64,000 bases of DNA, from contig OZ024745.1 in NCBI GenBank assembly GCA_964016885.1, positions 50,468,001-50,532,000 of the forward strand. Reading direction: 5' to 3'. The position numbers and the translations under genes are program-made. Numbering within the stretch: the stretch's first letter is position 1; each line of letters starts with the position of its first letter. Of this stretch, positions 39,601 to 46,987 are shown in pieces. The notes beneath the pieces were generated by a model. The model did not search any database. It was not told the origin of the DNA and saw only the letters and a program-made list of their open reading frames with translations. Source of the stretch: Eledone cirrhosa (taxonomy: Eukaryota).

Positions 39601-42140
39601 CCTAATTTCTCATGCAGTTCATTTATGTTTTGCCATTTGGGTATATTACTATTGCACATCCATCGAAGCTTGGAAGCTTCATTTCTTTCTATTCTTTGCA
39701 GGTCCTCGGTCTTGCTACCGTGCAACATTGTTGTTCGTATACATGCATCATGTAGTCTGCCTTTCATTTTGAGGGGAAAACCTTTTGTAGTTAGCAGCGG
39801 TAGTAACTCCCTGAACTTTCTCCAACCCATTCTCACTGACTACCGTGCTTTTGGAACACACTCCTCCATTGTTAATTTAGTCACCCAGGTAACAGAAACT
39901 ATCTACTACTACAGAGCCCTCTGAGCATTTGAAGGAGATTGTATCCTGAGAGTTCTTGTTACTTACTGCTCCTGTGCACTGACTATATCTAAAACCTGCA
40001 TTCTTTGTTAGCCTGCCTGAGATCCCACTACATCTCTTGCGTACCCATTGCTTGCATTTGGTACATAGAATGAAATTTCTACCTACTCCTTCTCTGCACA
40101 CTGAGCAGGGCCATTTCCCAAAGGAGATCTAGGCCCTGTTTTCCCTACTACTTACTAGAACTTCAGTCTTTGCCAGGTTGACTTTAAGATCTTTAGATTC
40201 TAGGCCTTGCTTCCAAGTTTGGAATTTCATCTCTAGTTCAGCTATAGGTTTGGCTATAAGAGTTACGTCATCAACATACAGGAGTGACCATGGGTAGCCA
40301 GTCTTAAACTCTTCTTTTATAGCCTGCAAGACAATAATAAATAGGAGAGGGTTAAGAACTGAGCCCTGGTGGACCCCAACCTGCATGCTAAATTCTATGC
40401 TAGAGTCAATGTTAATTCTGACCTTGCTGACTGTTCCTGTAAAAAGCAAGAGATTACATTACATTAAAGAACTATACCATTTCATAAAAGAGTACCAGAT
40501 TAAAGTTAGTTTTAGAATGTCATGAAGAACTATCATACTTTATTGATAAATCCAAGAGGACCCCCCCCCCCCCCTCCTGCTCAAACACACACTTTTATTT
40601 TATGAACACTTATGGATATTTCAATTTTGTATGAACCCAGGTTGGAAACCATAGTATAGGTTTTTATTTTGAACTACAAAAGCACAACCGAGTACACCAC
40701 TGCTATTGTGTTTACAAAAAAGTTAAGTCATGATTTTTAACATTATCAAAAGACAATGGGATTAATTTATTCCCAGAATAGCAACCAGTTGACTCTATGG
40801 ATTAAAAAATCAGCTTCATTAAACTGTAATTAAACAGTTGACAATGTTCGTACAGATAGATGCCTCATTTGGGACACCATTGTCAGATAGTCTTTCGTTC
40901 CTTCTCACATCCTATAGCAGAGGTGGAGGTCACTGCATCCAGGACTGAATGGAATAAACTACTGAAATACAGTTTGCAAGGAATGGAGGTCAAACAACAA
41001 AGTTCTGCTATCGTTGGCGACTCACCTTACTTAAGTGTCAGGTGAGAGTGCTTGGCTATTTTAGCGCCGTAGTCTTGCTATATCCTGGCATTAAAGAGGT
41101 ATCAAGTGATGTTAGTGAAGATGCTTGATTATCCTACTACCTTACCATCGTTATCACTCACAGCAATGCTACCAGTGTGTTGGTTTGCCCCAAAAATTGT
41201 TAGGGGGGAAACTCTGGGGCCCTTTGTTCCAGTATATGAGGGTCTTCTCTCATTTTTTTCTTTTTTATATACATACACTAGTGGCCTCCTGGCCTTCACC
41301 CCAGTCTGTACTGTGCTCAAGCCTATTCATAAGACACCTATTCGGATCTATCGTAATGCCCGTTTTCCTTAAAATAAAAGATGTTAAAAGGTATTTAAAT
41401 ATTGCATAACATAATTGTTTTAATCTATTTAGAATATCTAAATACAGAAAGTAATAAAGATAATAGTAGAAAAATGTATTTTACATAACTTATAAAACAT
41501 TTACAGAACTTCAGTATATACAATGTTTTTAACTTTTTTTTTTTAGTATATATGAAGCGTTTGAGGGGGGAGGGGGCTTCCTACTCTGGAACAACCTATA
41601 TATAATTGACCATGATGGCGACTGACAACCTGCAGTGTTTGACCATGTGACTTGTCAATGGTCATAGCGTTACTGACTCTCACTGGGAATTGCAATCATT
41701 TGACACAAAACGGGACATCTGTTGGTATTAGCAATATTCTAGGTATAAATGCGATGTCTCCCTTACCACATCCAGTGAGTATTTTAGCTTCGATAATGTA
41801 AGCCTTTAGTTCAGTCATAACCAAACATATCCCATTGCACAATCATGGCTGATCCAAGTTTCTGAGAAGCATGACTGTGCCCTTCTTCAATTCAAGGATG
41901 TGTGGCAGCATACCGGATGGTTCCAGGCTATTGAGAAATTCAACAGGATAATAAAGAGCATCTCCTTTTTATTTTAAAAATTCATTCATTTTTTTATTTT
42001 CTTTGCGCTTTTCCTTTTGTATTTTTCCTGATGAAGGGCAAATGCCTAATACATTGATTGTGGAACTCACTCTCTATCTTTTAAGCATGAAACTAATACA
42101 ACTTTATGTTAAAGTATACTCTTGTTTTCTTCATATGATG

Positions 42141-42171
<31 letters not shown>

Positions 42172-42172
42172 A

Positions 42173-42225
<53 letters not shown>

Positions 42226-43351
42226 CATATACAGATATAGAGAAAAAGAGATATTGGGAGAGATAAAGAGGGACACATTGTCAGAGAGAAAGAGAGATAT
42301 ACATAGAAGGAAGAGATATATAGAGAAAGACACATAGAAATAGAGAGAAAGAGATAATTGTTTCTACTTTAGGCACAAGGCCAGCAAATTACCCAGTGCA
42401 TTACTGGTACTTTATTTTATCGACCCCGTAAGGATGAAAGGCAAAGTCAACCTCGGCGGGATTTGAACTCAGATCATAAAGGGACGTAACTATGCTGGAA
42501 AGCATGGCGTCCGACCCTCTACCGATACTGCCAATCGAGATAATGAGAAACATAAAGCGACAATCCCGTTTTCGGAGAAAAGTCGATGTCGGAGGTCAGA
42601 TTAATTGAAAACTCACGAAAAATCTTAATTGCCTCTTTTATTAAGTGTTATTAGTGGTTAATGTACTGACAAATAAACTTCATTTTTATAAATATTACAG
42701 ATATATTAATTGGGTTTAGATTTTTAGAATATAACTAGTGTTTATAGATAAATAAAATGTTTTTCATTACCTATTACATATAATTGTTTCTACTTTTGGC
42801 ACAAGGCCAGAAATTATCCAGTGTATTACTGGTACTTTATTTTATCGACCCCATAAGGCTGAAAGGCAAAGTTAACCTCGGCAGGATTTGAACTCAGAAT
42901 GGCAAGGGCCGTAACTATGCGTCAAAGCATGGCGTCCGACCCTCTACCGATACTGCCAATCTTTTTCATAAAATAAGACGTGAAGTGATGTGTAGTGGCT
43001 ACTTCGGAGATAATTTTATTGTGTTTAGTCAGTTCAATGTGGAATGTTAATCTATGTTTATATGTTTTTAAGAATATTTTGTAACTACTGGATAGAAAAG
43101 AATATATATATATATATAACGTTTAAACCCAGCAAAAGTAGGACGATTAGTATATTTTATTTGTTATAATGTGCAACATAAATGAAAAGATATAGGCTGT
43201 ACTGTACGTAAGTGCTTGTGAAATTCCAGTGACTTAACATTGCTATCACCTGTGTGTTGACTTGCCTCAAGAATTATTAGAGGGGAAACTCCAGCGCCTT
43301 TGTGTCGTGTGTGGTTGAGAATGCCTATCTTCTACCACTACTTTTCCTATA

Positions 43352-43382
<31 letters not shown>

Positions 43383-43725
43383 TGTGTTTATGCGTATTCA
43401 ATTGAAATAAATTCTATGACTATGTTTAAAAAACATACCCGGGATTGTAATGTTACATGAAATTTGTATGAAAAATTGAAACGAGCTGTCTTGCTTCCAA
43501 CCATTTATAATAAACATGCACAGATATACAGATAGCCTTGACAACGAAGACTTAAATTATGTTTAAAGAATCCGACTTCTAAAAGAATATTAAAGTCTGT
43601 TTTTTTTTAAGCATAATGTTTGTCTTCACATAGAAATAAATAGCAATTATAGTTAGTTAAAGAATGATAAAATAAAGAAATTTTTAATAAATTACTCTAC
43701 CGGGAATGTCAACTTCTGCCGCCAT
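5565..43725 (-). CDS. RPGR: Retinitis pigmentosa GTPase regulator orthologue, whole gene span (20 coding exons, about 874 aa)
   Basis: All introns are GT-AG and exon phases are compatible throughout. N-terminus MAAEVDIPETGAVFTFGRSRFSDNIPSRFWLRND matches RPGR, followed by RCC1 repeats, TLTARDRRRQ...NRTLPSL (RPGR TLSARMRRRE...RRTLPP), an E/K-rich region and a CVIL* terminus. Confidence 0.93.
6168..6257 (-). CDS. RPGR: RPGR exon 19
   Basis: 90 nt, phase 0/0; KDAKDDKTDDQKKGREKGKTNTENEEKDKN|gtaaga. Confidence 0.82.
6973..6986. promoter_or_regulatory. Candidate RFX X-box in RPGR intron 18
   Basis: GTTTCCATAGTAAC fits the X-box consensus exactly. Confidence 0.4.
7012..7082 (-). CDS. RPGR: RPGR exon 18 (poly-Glu)
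   Basis: 71 nt, phase 1/0, donor gtaagt; DSVSDETE(n)DKDKDQKK. Confidence 0.85.
7226..7356. repeat. 25-bp tandem repeat, 5 perfect copies
   Basis: caacagttaaccattacataaaccc at 7226, 7251, 7276, 7301 and 7326. Confidence 0.95.
7663..7914 (-). CDS. RPGR: RPGR exon 17 (E/K-rich)
   Basis: 252 nt, phase 1/1; GKKRILTNIFGRKKVVSQEEEE...NFSKS. Confidence 0.85.
8030..8585. repeat. Degenerate tandem repeat of about 80-110 bp, about 6 units, in RPGR intron 16
   Basis: Recurring anchors gtgatatcct(c)c and tcta(g/a)atactgt. Confidence 0.7.
8901..9218 (-). CDS. RPGR: RPGR exon 16 (E/K-rich)
   Basis: 318 nt, phase 1/1, strong pyrimidine tract; VKKEDIENEIKEFSCSEEESASDEDE...KDKQK. Confidence 0.85.
9487..9862 (+). 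mobile_element. Internally deleted Tc1/mariner remnant
   Basis: TIR ttgggttggacaaaaagttccc / gagaactttctggtcaaccaata. A decayed transposase C-terminus LPK*W*TVIANDDDYFD precedes the right TIR. Confidence 0.65.
10079..10202 (-). CDS. RPGR: RPGR exon 15
   Basis: 124 nt, phase 0/1; DRIENEECLKEIPTATK...KNAKEK. Confidence 0.75.
12266..12463 (-). CDS. RPGR: RPGR exon 14 (alternative in-frame donor possible at 12293)
   Basis: 198 nt, phase 0/0; KPKPLISDSLKIVTQEPETDKVEDF...NDVTL|gtaaac. Confidence 0.65.
13340..14836. repeat. 56-bp satellite, about 26 near-identical copies, with degenerate flank to about 15270
   Basis: Unit acacagtgtaacgtgtgtatgtatgtcagacatggtacctcatgtatatatgtata. Confidence 0.95.
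15405..15473 (-). CDS. RPGR: RPGR exon 13 (weak donor)
   Basis: 69 nt, phase 0/0; SPMKNCVKTLAPKPAPRKLKPRE; donor gtttgt is weak. Confidence 0.6.
16591..16691 (-). CDS. RPGR: RPGR exon 12
   Basis: 101 nt, phase 1/0, acceptor ttgacag, donor gtgagc; GKDLPENISKSQENNK...KTTQ. Confidence 0.8.
17167..17314 (-). CDS. RPGR: RPGR exon 11
   Basis: 148 nt, phase 0/1; ESNSSLNRTLPSLSGK...HRNKLN. Confidence 0.85.
17530..17709 (-). CDS. RPGR: RPGR exon 10
   Basis: 180 nt; VVCGGCHMMVVAH...SGTLTARDRRRQTT, donor gtaaga. Confidence 0.93.
18314..18438 (-). CDS. RPGR: RPGR exon 9
   Basis: 125 nt; EDGYLYTFGDSRHGKLAQGEDSYSNQFEPCLVDRFEPFIIDK. Confidence 0.95.
19282..19434 (-). CDS. RPGR: RPGR exon 8
   Basis: 153 nt; KQHELYTFGTGPNGELGQG...VSCGANHTAIVS. 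Confidence 0.95.
19818..20265. repeat. 24-bp minisatellite, about 18 copies, in RPGR intron 7
   Basis: Unit gctttgaaatgttgcccctcagta with variants. Confidence 0.95.
20354..20509 (-). CDS. RPGR: RPGR exon 7
   Basis: 156 nt; EKGCVYIFGETEGGKLGLG...ISCGSSHTAFIT. Confidence 0.95.
21325..21555. repeat. Degenerate tandem repeat of about 40 bp, 5-6 copies
   Basis: Unit approximately ggatatgtgatggttagggagacatgggcagtgaatgccaa. Confidence 0.8.
21779..21928 (-). CDS. RPGR: RPGR exon 6
   Basis: 150 nt; ESGAVYMWGSNSEGQLGCGD...IAVGYYHTALLT. Confidence 0.95.
22800..22958 (-). CDS. RPGR: RPGR exon 5
   Basis: 159 nt; DSGKIYSFGANGEGQLGVSG...AGFEHSACLT. Confidence 0.95.
23968..24316 (+). mobile_element. tRNA-derived CORE-type SINE with an RTE-like tail
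   Basis: A box tggcttagtgg, B box gagttcaattc, CORE-like tgtgttgtttccttgagcaagacact...cagctgtagaaatg; 3' tail shared with the RTE ends. Confidence 0.8.
24347..25111 (+). mobile_element. RTE-clade LINE, 3' fragment
   Basis: RLERNEACMLRWMCN...RRLRWYGHVMR...GRPRKTW...DRDLWR*, then a 3' UTR and a (GAT)n tail. Confidence 0.85.
27120..27735 (-). mobile_element. RTE LINE fragment
   Basis: VDGFCYQGDLISSGGGC...ARIRTGWKKFKELLPLL...LERNE..ML.W. Confidence 0.8.
27765..32000 (-). mobile_element. Near-full-length CR1-clade LINE (ORF1 plus APE-RT ORF2, frameshifted) in RPGR intron 4
   Basis: ORF1 at about 31857-30790 (coiled coil; C-terminal GETGLRIRSGKIV). APE motifs TNACSL, ITETWL, GDFN. RT motifs GPDGLHP, NYRPVSLTS, QGSVLGP, FADD. 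CR1 C-terminus LERVQRLATRMV...SLERRRLRGDLI. (TTGAA)4 3' tail. At least 3 frameshifts; the 5' boundary is approximate. Confidence 0.92.
32650..33072 (-). mobile_element. RTE LINE RT fragment
   Basis: FGFVPGKSTT...AFVDLEKAFDRV...VGVHQGSVL. Confidence 0.85.
33286..33348 (-). CDS. RPGR: RPGR exon 4
   Basis: 63 nt; ALKHEKVSLVACGGCHTLLAT. Confidence 0.95.
33720..34107 (+). mobile_element. Second near-identical CORE-type SINE copy
   Basis: Nearly identical to 23968-24316 with one extra internal repeat unit. Confidence 0.8.
34194..34286 (-). CDS. RPGR: RPGR exon 3
   Basis: 93 nt; ESGRIFMFGANDWGQLGVGHTHHVQKPSCIK (RCC1 repeat). Confidence 0.95.
34660..35922 (+). mobile_element. Decayed RTE LINE fragment with 3' UTR and tail
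   Basis: Fragmented KTGKAAGPS, DEMQFGF, LIYANDL, VDSFCYLG; ends with a (gat)n tail. Confidence 0.75.
36505..36630 (-). CDS. RPGR: RPGR exon 2
   Basis: 126 nt, ag/gt bounded; ETGAVFTFGRSRFSDNIPSRFWLRNDPIRQLACGDQHTALVT. Confidence 0.95.
38955..40440 (-). mobile_element. RTE LINE 3' portion with a PHD-like Cys cluster
   Basis: VGVHQGSVLNPLLF, LLYVDD, WPCSVC...LCTKCKQWVRKRC...YSQC, RRLRWYGHV; 3' UTR has tandem units of about 42-47 bp (39095-39310). Confidence 0.88.
41575..41965 (-). mobile_element. Helitron PIF1-like helicase fragment (pseudogenic)
   Basis: YPVEFLNSLEPSGMLPHILELKKG.VMLLRNLD..LCNG...FIPRI...QFPVRVSNAMTIDKSHGQTL...QLYIGCSRVG. Confidence 0.88.
42358..42537 (-). mobile_element. 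tRNA-derived SINE with a Meta-domain-like core
   Basis: On -: tggcagtatcgg...gagttcaaatccc, then gaggttgactttgcctttcatccttacggggtcgataaaataaagtaccag. Other copies at about 4592-4720, 10640-10840, 18470-18675, 42785-42961, 45055-45256, 55675-55862 and 56188-56376. Confidence 0.75.
43701..43725 (-). CDS. RPGR: RPGR exon 1 (coding part, MAAEVDIP)
   Basis: caaacATGGCGGCAGAAGTTGACATTCCCG|gtagag. The phase-1 end joins exon 2 to give ...IPETGAVFTFG, the same intron position as vertebrate RPGR exon 1. Confidence 0.8.
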
Positions 43726-44177
43726 GTTTGTAACTAATATACAACTGGTTACACGTCTCAAAATAGCGTTATTGTTGTTAATAAAGCTATGCTTTATGTA
43801 GTGTTAGTTTGGTATAAAACACTTGCTGATTGTAGCTATATATTTTTAATGCCTAGCATTTTGAAAATAATCAAGAATTTATTTGGCACACATCTTAACA
43901 CACTTATAGCCATATTTCGAACAAAATTTCACTAAGGTTCTTACATAAAATTATGTTAGGAGGGTTTTAGATAAATACAAACACTTTAAACCTGAATTAA
44001 AGGCAGTTTCAGGTGGTTTGGTACAAAGGGGTTTAACGAGAGGTGAAATTTCGAATCTTTAACCCACCCGTATGTATGTATATATATTTATATACACACG
44101 TGCATCAATACATCATATATTTACATACATACGCTCGCAAATAAAATTCACCATATATTTATATGTATATATATATA

Positions 44178-44555
44178 TGTAGTGACCTACATTCCGCGGG
44201 CTCACATACATTCTCTGTGCGTGATTTGGCTGAGTTCAGCCAATCAGCGCCAGTAGAAGAGGATGTATCCCTACGCGCCCTGAGGAAGAAATTCCCCGCG
44301 AAGATTTGAAGAATCTCTCTCTTGTACCAGAAACTTCGAACCAGCAACACGCATAATGTAACGGTGAGATATTGCACCCTAGCCTCGCCGGCTTTTCGGC
44401 GCAATGGCACATTCCCTTTTGTAACCTCTTTTTATCTGTAACTTCAACCATATAAGTTAACGAACATTGTTTGTGCTACATCAAAAATAAACATACATTT
44501 CATCTCTAATTTCTGCTGTTGAAATCATTATTATGTTACTCGTGTCTCAATAACA
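44178..44555 (+). mobile_element. Possible solo LTR about 450 bp upstream of the RPGR ATG
   Basis: TGTAGTG...AATAACA ends, CCAAT box, AATAAA near the 3' end, a tggcgac PBS-like word about 22 nt downstream; no clean TSD. Confidence 0.3.
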
Positions 44556-44736
44556 TCTATAATCCATGCTGCTGGAATTGGCGACCTGACGAAAGGAATA
44601 TTGTAAATACTAAGATGGTAAATAGATCGAGGGACCTTCCCTCACGTCTATGTCGACAAGATAATCCAACGAGGATCAACTAACGACCTTCAATCATCTA
44701 CCCTGTTAAAGTGGCGACTTCAACTTTCATACTGTT

Positions 44737-45025
44737 AAATATATTTTTTAAAAACTATGAATTTTCTTTTACATGTATTAGATTATTATTGTGTATCGAC
44801 CTGTTACGCGCATTTCACAGAGGATTGGCTCGGGATCATGTATAGGTGTTATTGACCCGATTCCATTATCGATCTGCTCTTCAGGCTGGCGATGTGCCAA
44901 AACGCATGTAACAGGTCGATACACAATAACAATCAACACATGTAAACGAAACTTCATCGTTTCTTTTTAAATATATACACTCTGCTTATGTATAGAGTGC
45001 TTGTTTTGGTACCACTACCAGTAAT
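44737..45025. mobile_element. Fold-back PLE end (inverted repeat plus 3' tail)
   Basis: Imperfect arms of about 75 bp (ttgtgtatcgacctgttac / gtaacaggtcgatacacaa), followed by the cactct...agagtg tail hairpin. Confidence 0.6.
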
Positions 45026-46225
45026 TTACTGAATCACCTACACTATATATATGATTTCTTATATAGGCACAAGTCCAGCAATTTGGGGGGGGGGAGGGGA
45101 AATCGATTAAATGGAGCCCAGTGCATGACTGGTACTTTATTTTATCGCCCTCGTAAGGATGAAAGGTAAAGTTAACCTCGGTAGGATTTGAACTCAGATC
45201 ATAAAGGGCTGTAACTCTATGTTGCAAAGCATGGCGTCTCTACCGATACTGCCAAGCCATCGATCCCATACTCCTGCAGAACCTTCCACAGAAGGTTCCG
45301 ATGTTTATATATATATATATTAAAGTGTTAAACAATATTCAATGATTATGTCAAAGAATGAGTTTTACAGTAGATTACACTGGCTGTTATGATTCATGAG
45401 ACGTTTTTCCTAGATATATCGTCGTATCATACACTTTAAAACTTTTAGAACAGTTACAGTATGCAACGTTCTATGTATCGTAGCGGTACTCTTAAAATAT
45501 CGTATTAGTATTCATTTTCGGGATTCTGAATTATTATTACGTATTAGTTTCGGGACTCTGATTTATTATTTCGTAGTAATTTCTTTAGTATTTTGGCCCC
45601 CTACTTGTTGACCTGTCACTGTAAGATAGATTTGGACGATTACTACTAACTCATAAAATTCTTTCACTACAACTCGTATTTAGTATTCCGTCCCATCTAT
45701 TAAACTTTTCTATAGTTTAGCAGTACCAGTGAGAGACTTGATGATTGTGGTAGGGGAATAATAACCAGAAATTGTTTTTTTTTTTGTTTTATATTTTTAA
45801 CATTCTTATTATTCTTCCATATTGATTTACTTCTTGTTTCGACTTCCTCCCCCTCCCCCTCCCTAGTATACTTCTCTTGACCTCTTATCCTTAGGATAGT
45901 TGGCACTATCTGTGGGTATGGTGTGGCGTGCAGTGGCCGGAAACGGGGGAGTGCTCGACCGGAGGGGTGCTTGGCCGGAAGGATGCTCGACCGGAAGGGC
46001 CAGCAGAGGGCCTCTCTCTAGTGGTGACCAGCAAACGGTGTGGACGCGAGTTTTTGGCAGCTCCCGGTGTTAAGCAGTTGGACGCATGTGGAAGAGGAGT
46101 AACCTGCAGTGGAGTTTAGCGGCGCCTATGAAAAGCGGTAAGTGAGATAGCTTTTTCTAACCACAAGCTATTTCGGCGACTGGAAAAAAACAAAAAAAAA
46201 CACTTGCCGCAAGACAAATCAGAAG

Positions 46226-46987
46226 ATGGCGACAAGACTACGGACGAACGAAGCTATCAGGGCATTTACCGGGGAAGGCGATGTTGTCGCTTGGCTGCGG
46301 AAGGTTCGGCTGGTCGCAAGCTTGCAGAAGATAGAGGATGTGGCTGGCCTCATGGCACTGTACCTCGAGGGGGACGCGTTGGTACTCTTCCTTGAGTTGG
46401 ACGAGCACAGCCAAAGAGATGCGCAGAAGATTGAGAGGCGTCTGATGGATGCATTCGCCGAGGGACCGTTGGTGGCTTTTGCTAAGCTGGCGAGAATCAG
46501 GTGGAATGGTGAGCGCGTCGACATTTTCACAGCGGAAATACGGCGGTTGGCCATGTTGGCTGGTTATCAGGTGGAATGCGAACGCACGGTGCGGTTGGCG
46601 TTCATCAATGGATTTCCAGATGACATAGCGGTGAAACTGCAGCAAGTCCCGGGTTATAAAGAGATGGAAATGCGTTCACTGGTGGAACAAGCCTGGATCA
46701 TAGCGGAAGATGCCAAAAAGAGTATTGCGGCGATAGCAACTACGGAGGCTCAGGACACCTGGCAGCGAAATGGTGAAAGGGAGGCAACCTTGGCACGCGG
46801 TCGCCCGCGAACGTTTAGAGATCGCTGTTTTCGGTGCCAGGGCCCGCACATGGCTAGAGACTGTAGAGAGTCGAGGCCGGAGATAATTTGCTACCGGTGT
46901 AAGCGACCAGGCCACATCGCTACTAACTGCGACCAGGGAAACGATCCAAGGGGAACTACTGCGCCGGTAGTTGCCCCTTACGAGTAG
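46226..46987 (+). CDS. gag: Gag of the LTR retrotransposon (253 aa, two CCHC-type knuckles)
   Basis: CFRCQGPHMARDC and CYRCKRPGHIATNC. Confidence 0.9.
   Translation: MATRLRTNEAIRAFTGEGDVVAWLRKVRLVASLQKIEDVAGLMALYLEGDALVLFLELDEHSQRDAQKIERRLMDAFAEGPLVAFAKLARIRWNGERVDIFTAEIRRLAMLAGYQVECERTVRLAFINGFPDDIAVKLQQVPGYKEMEMRSLVEQAWIIAEDAKKSIAAIATTEAQDTWQRNGEREATLARGRPRTFRDRCFRCQGPHMARDCRESRPEIICYRCKRPGHIATNCDQGNDPRGTTAPVVAPYE

Noticed and set aside
40860-41045. Plus-strand exon-like segment with ag/gt borders in RPGR intron 1
   Set aside because: No recognisable homology or partner exons; the adjacent sequence is repeated at about 43190-43340, suggesting a repeat.
43726-43760. Possible promoter X-box (gtaactaatatacaac)
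   Set aside because: Spacing and half-sites do not fit the RFX consensus.
45265-45303. Hairpin gaaccttc-caca-gaaggttc preceded by ctgcaga
   Set aside because: It could be a hammerhead relic, but GAAA and stem III are missing, so it is not supportable.
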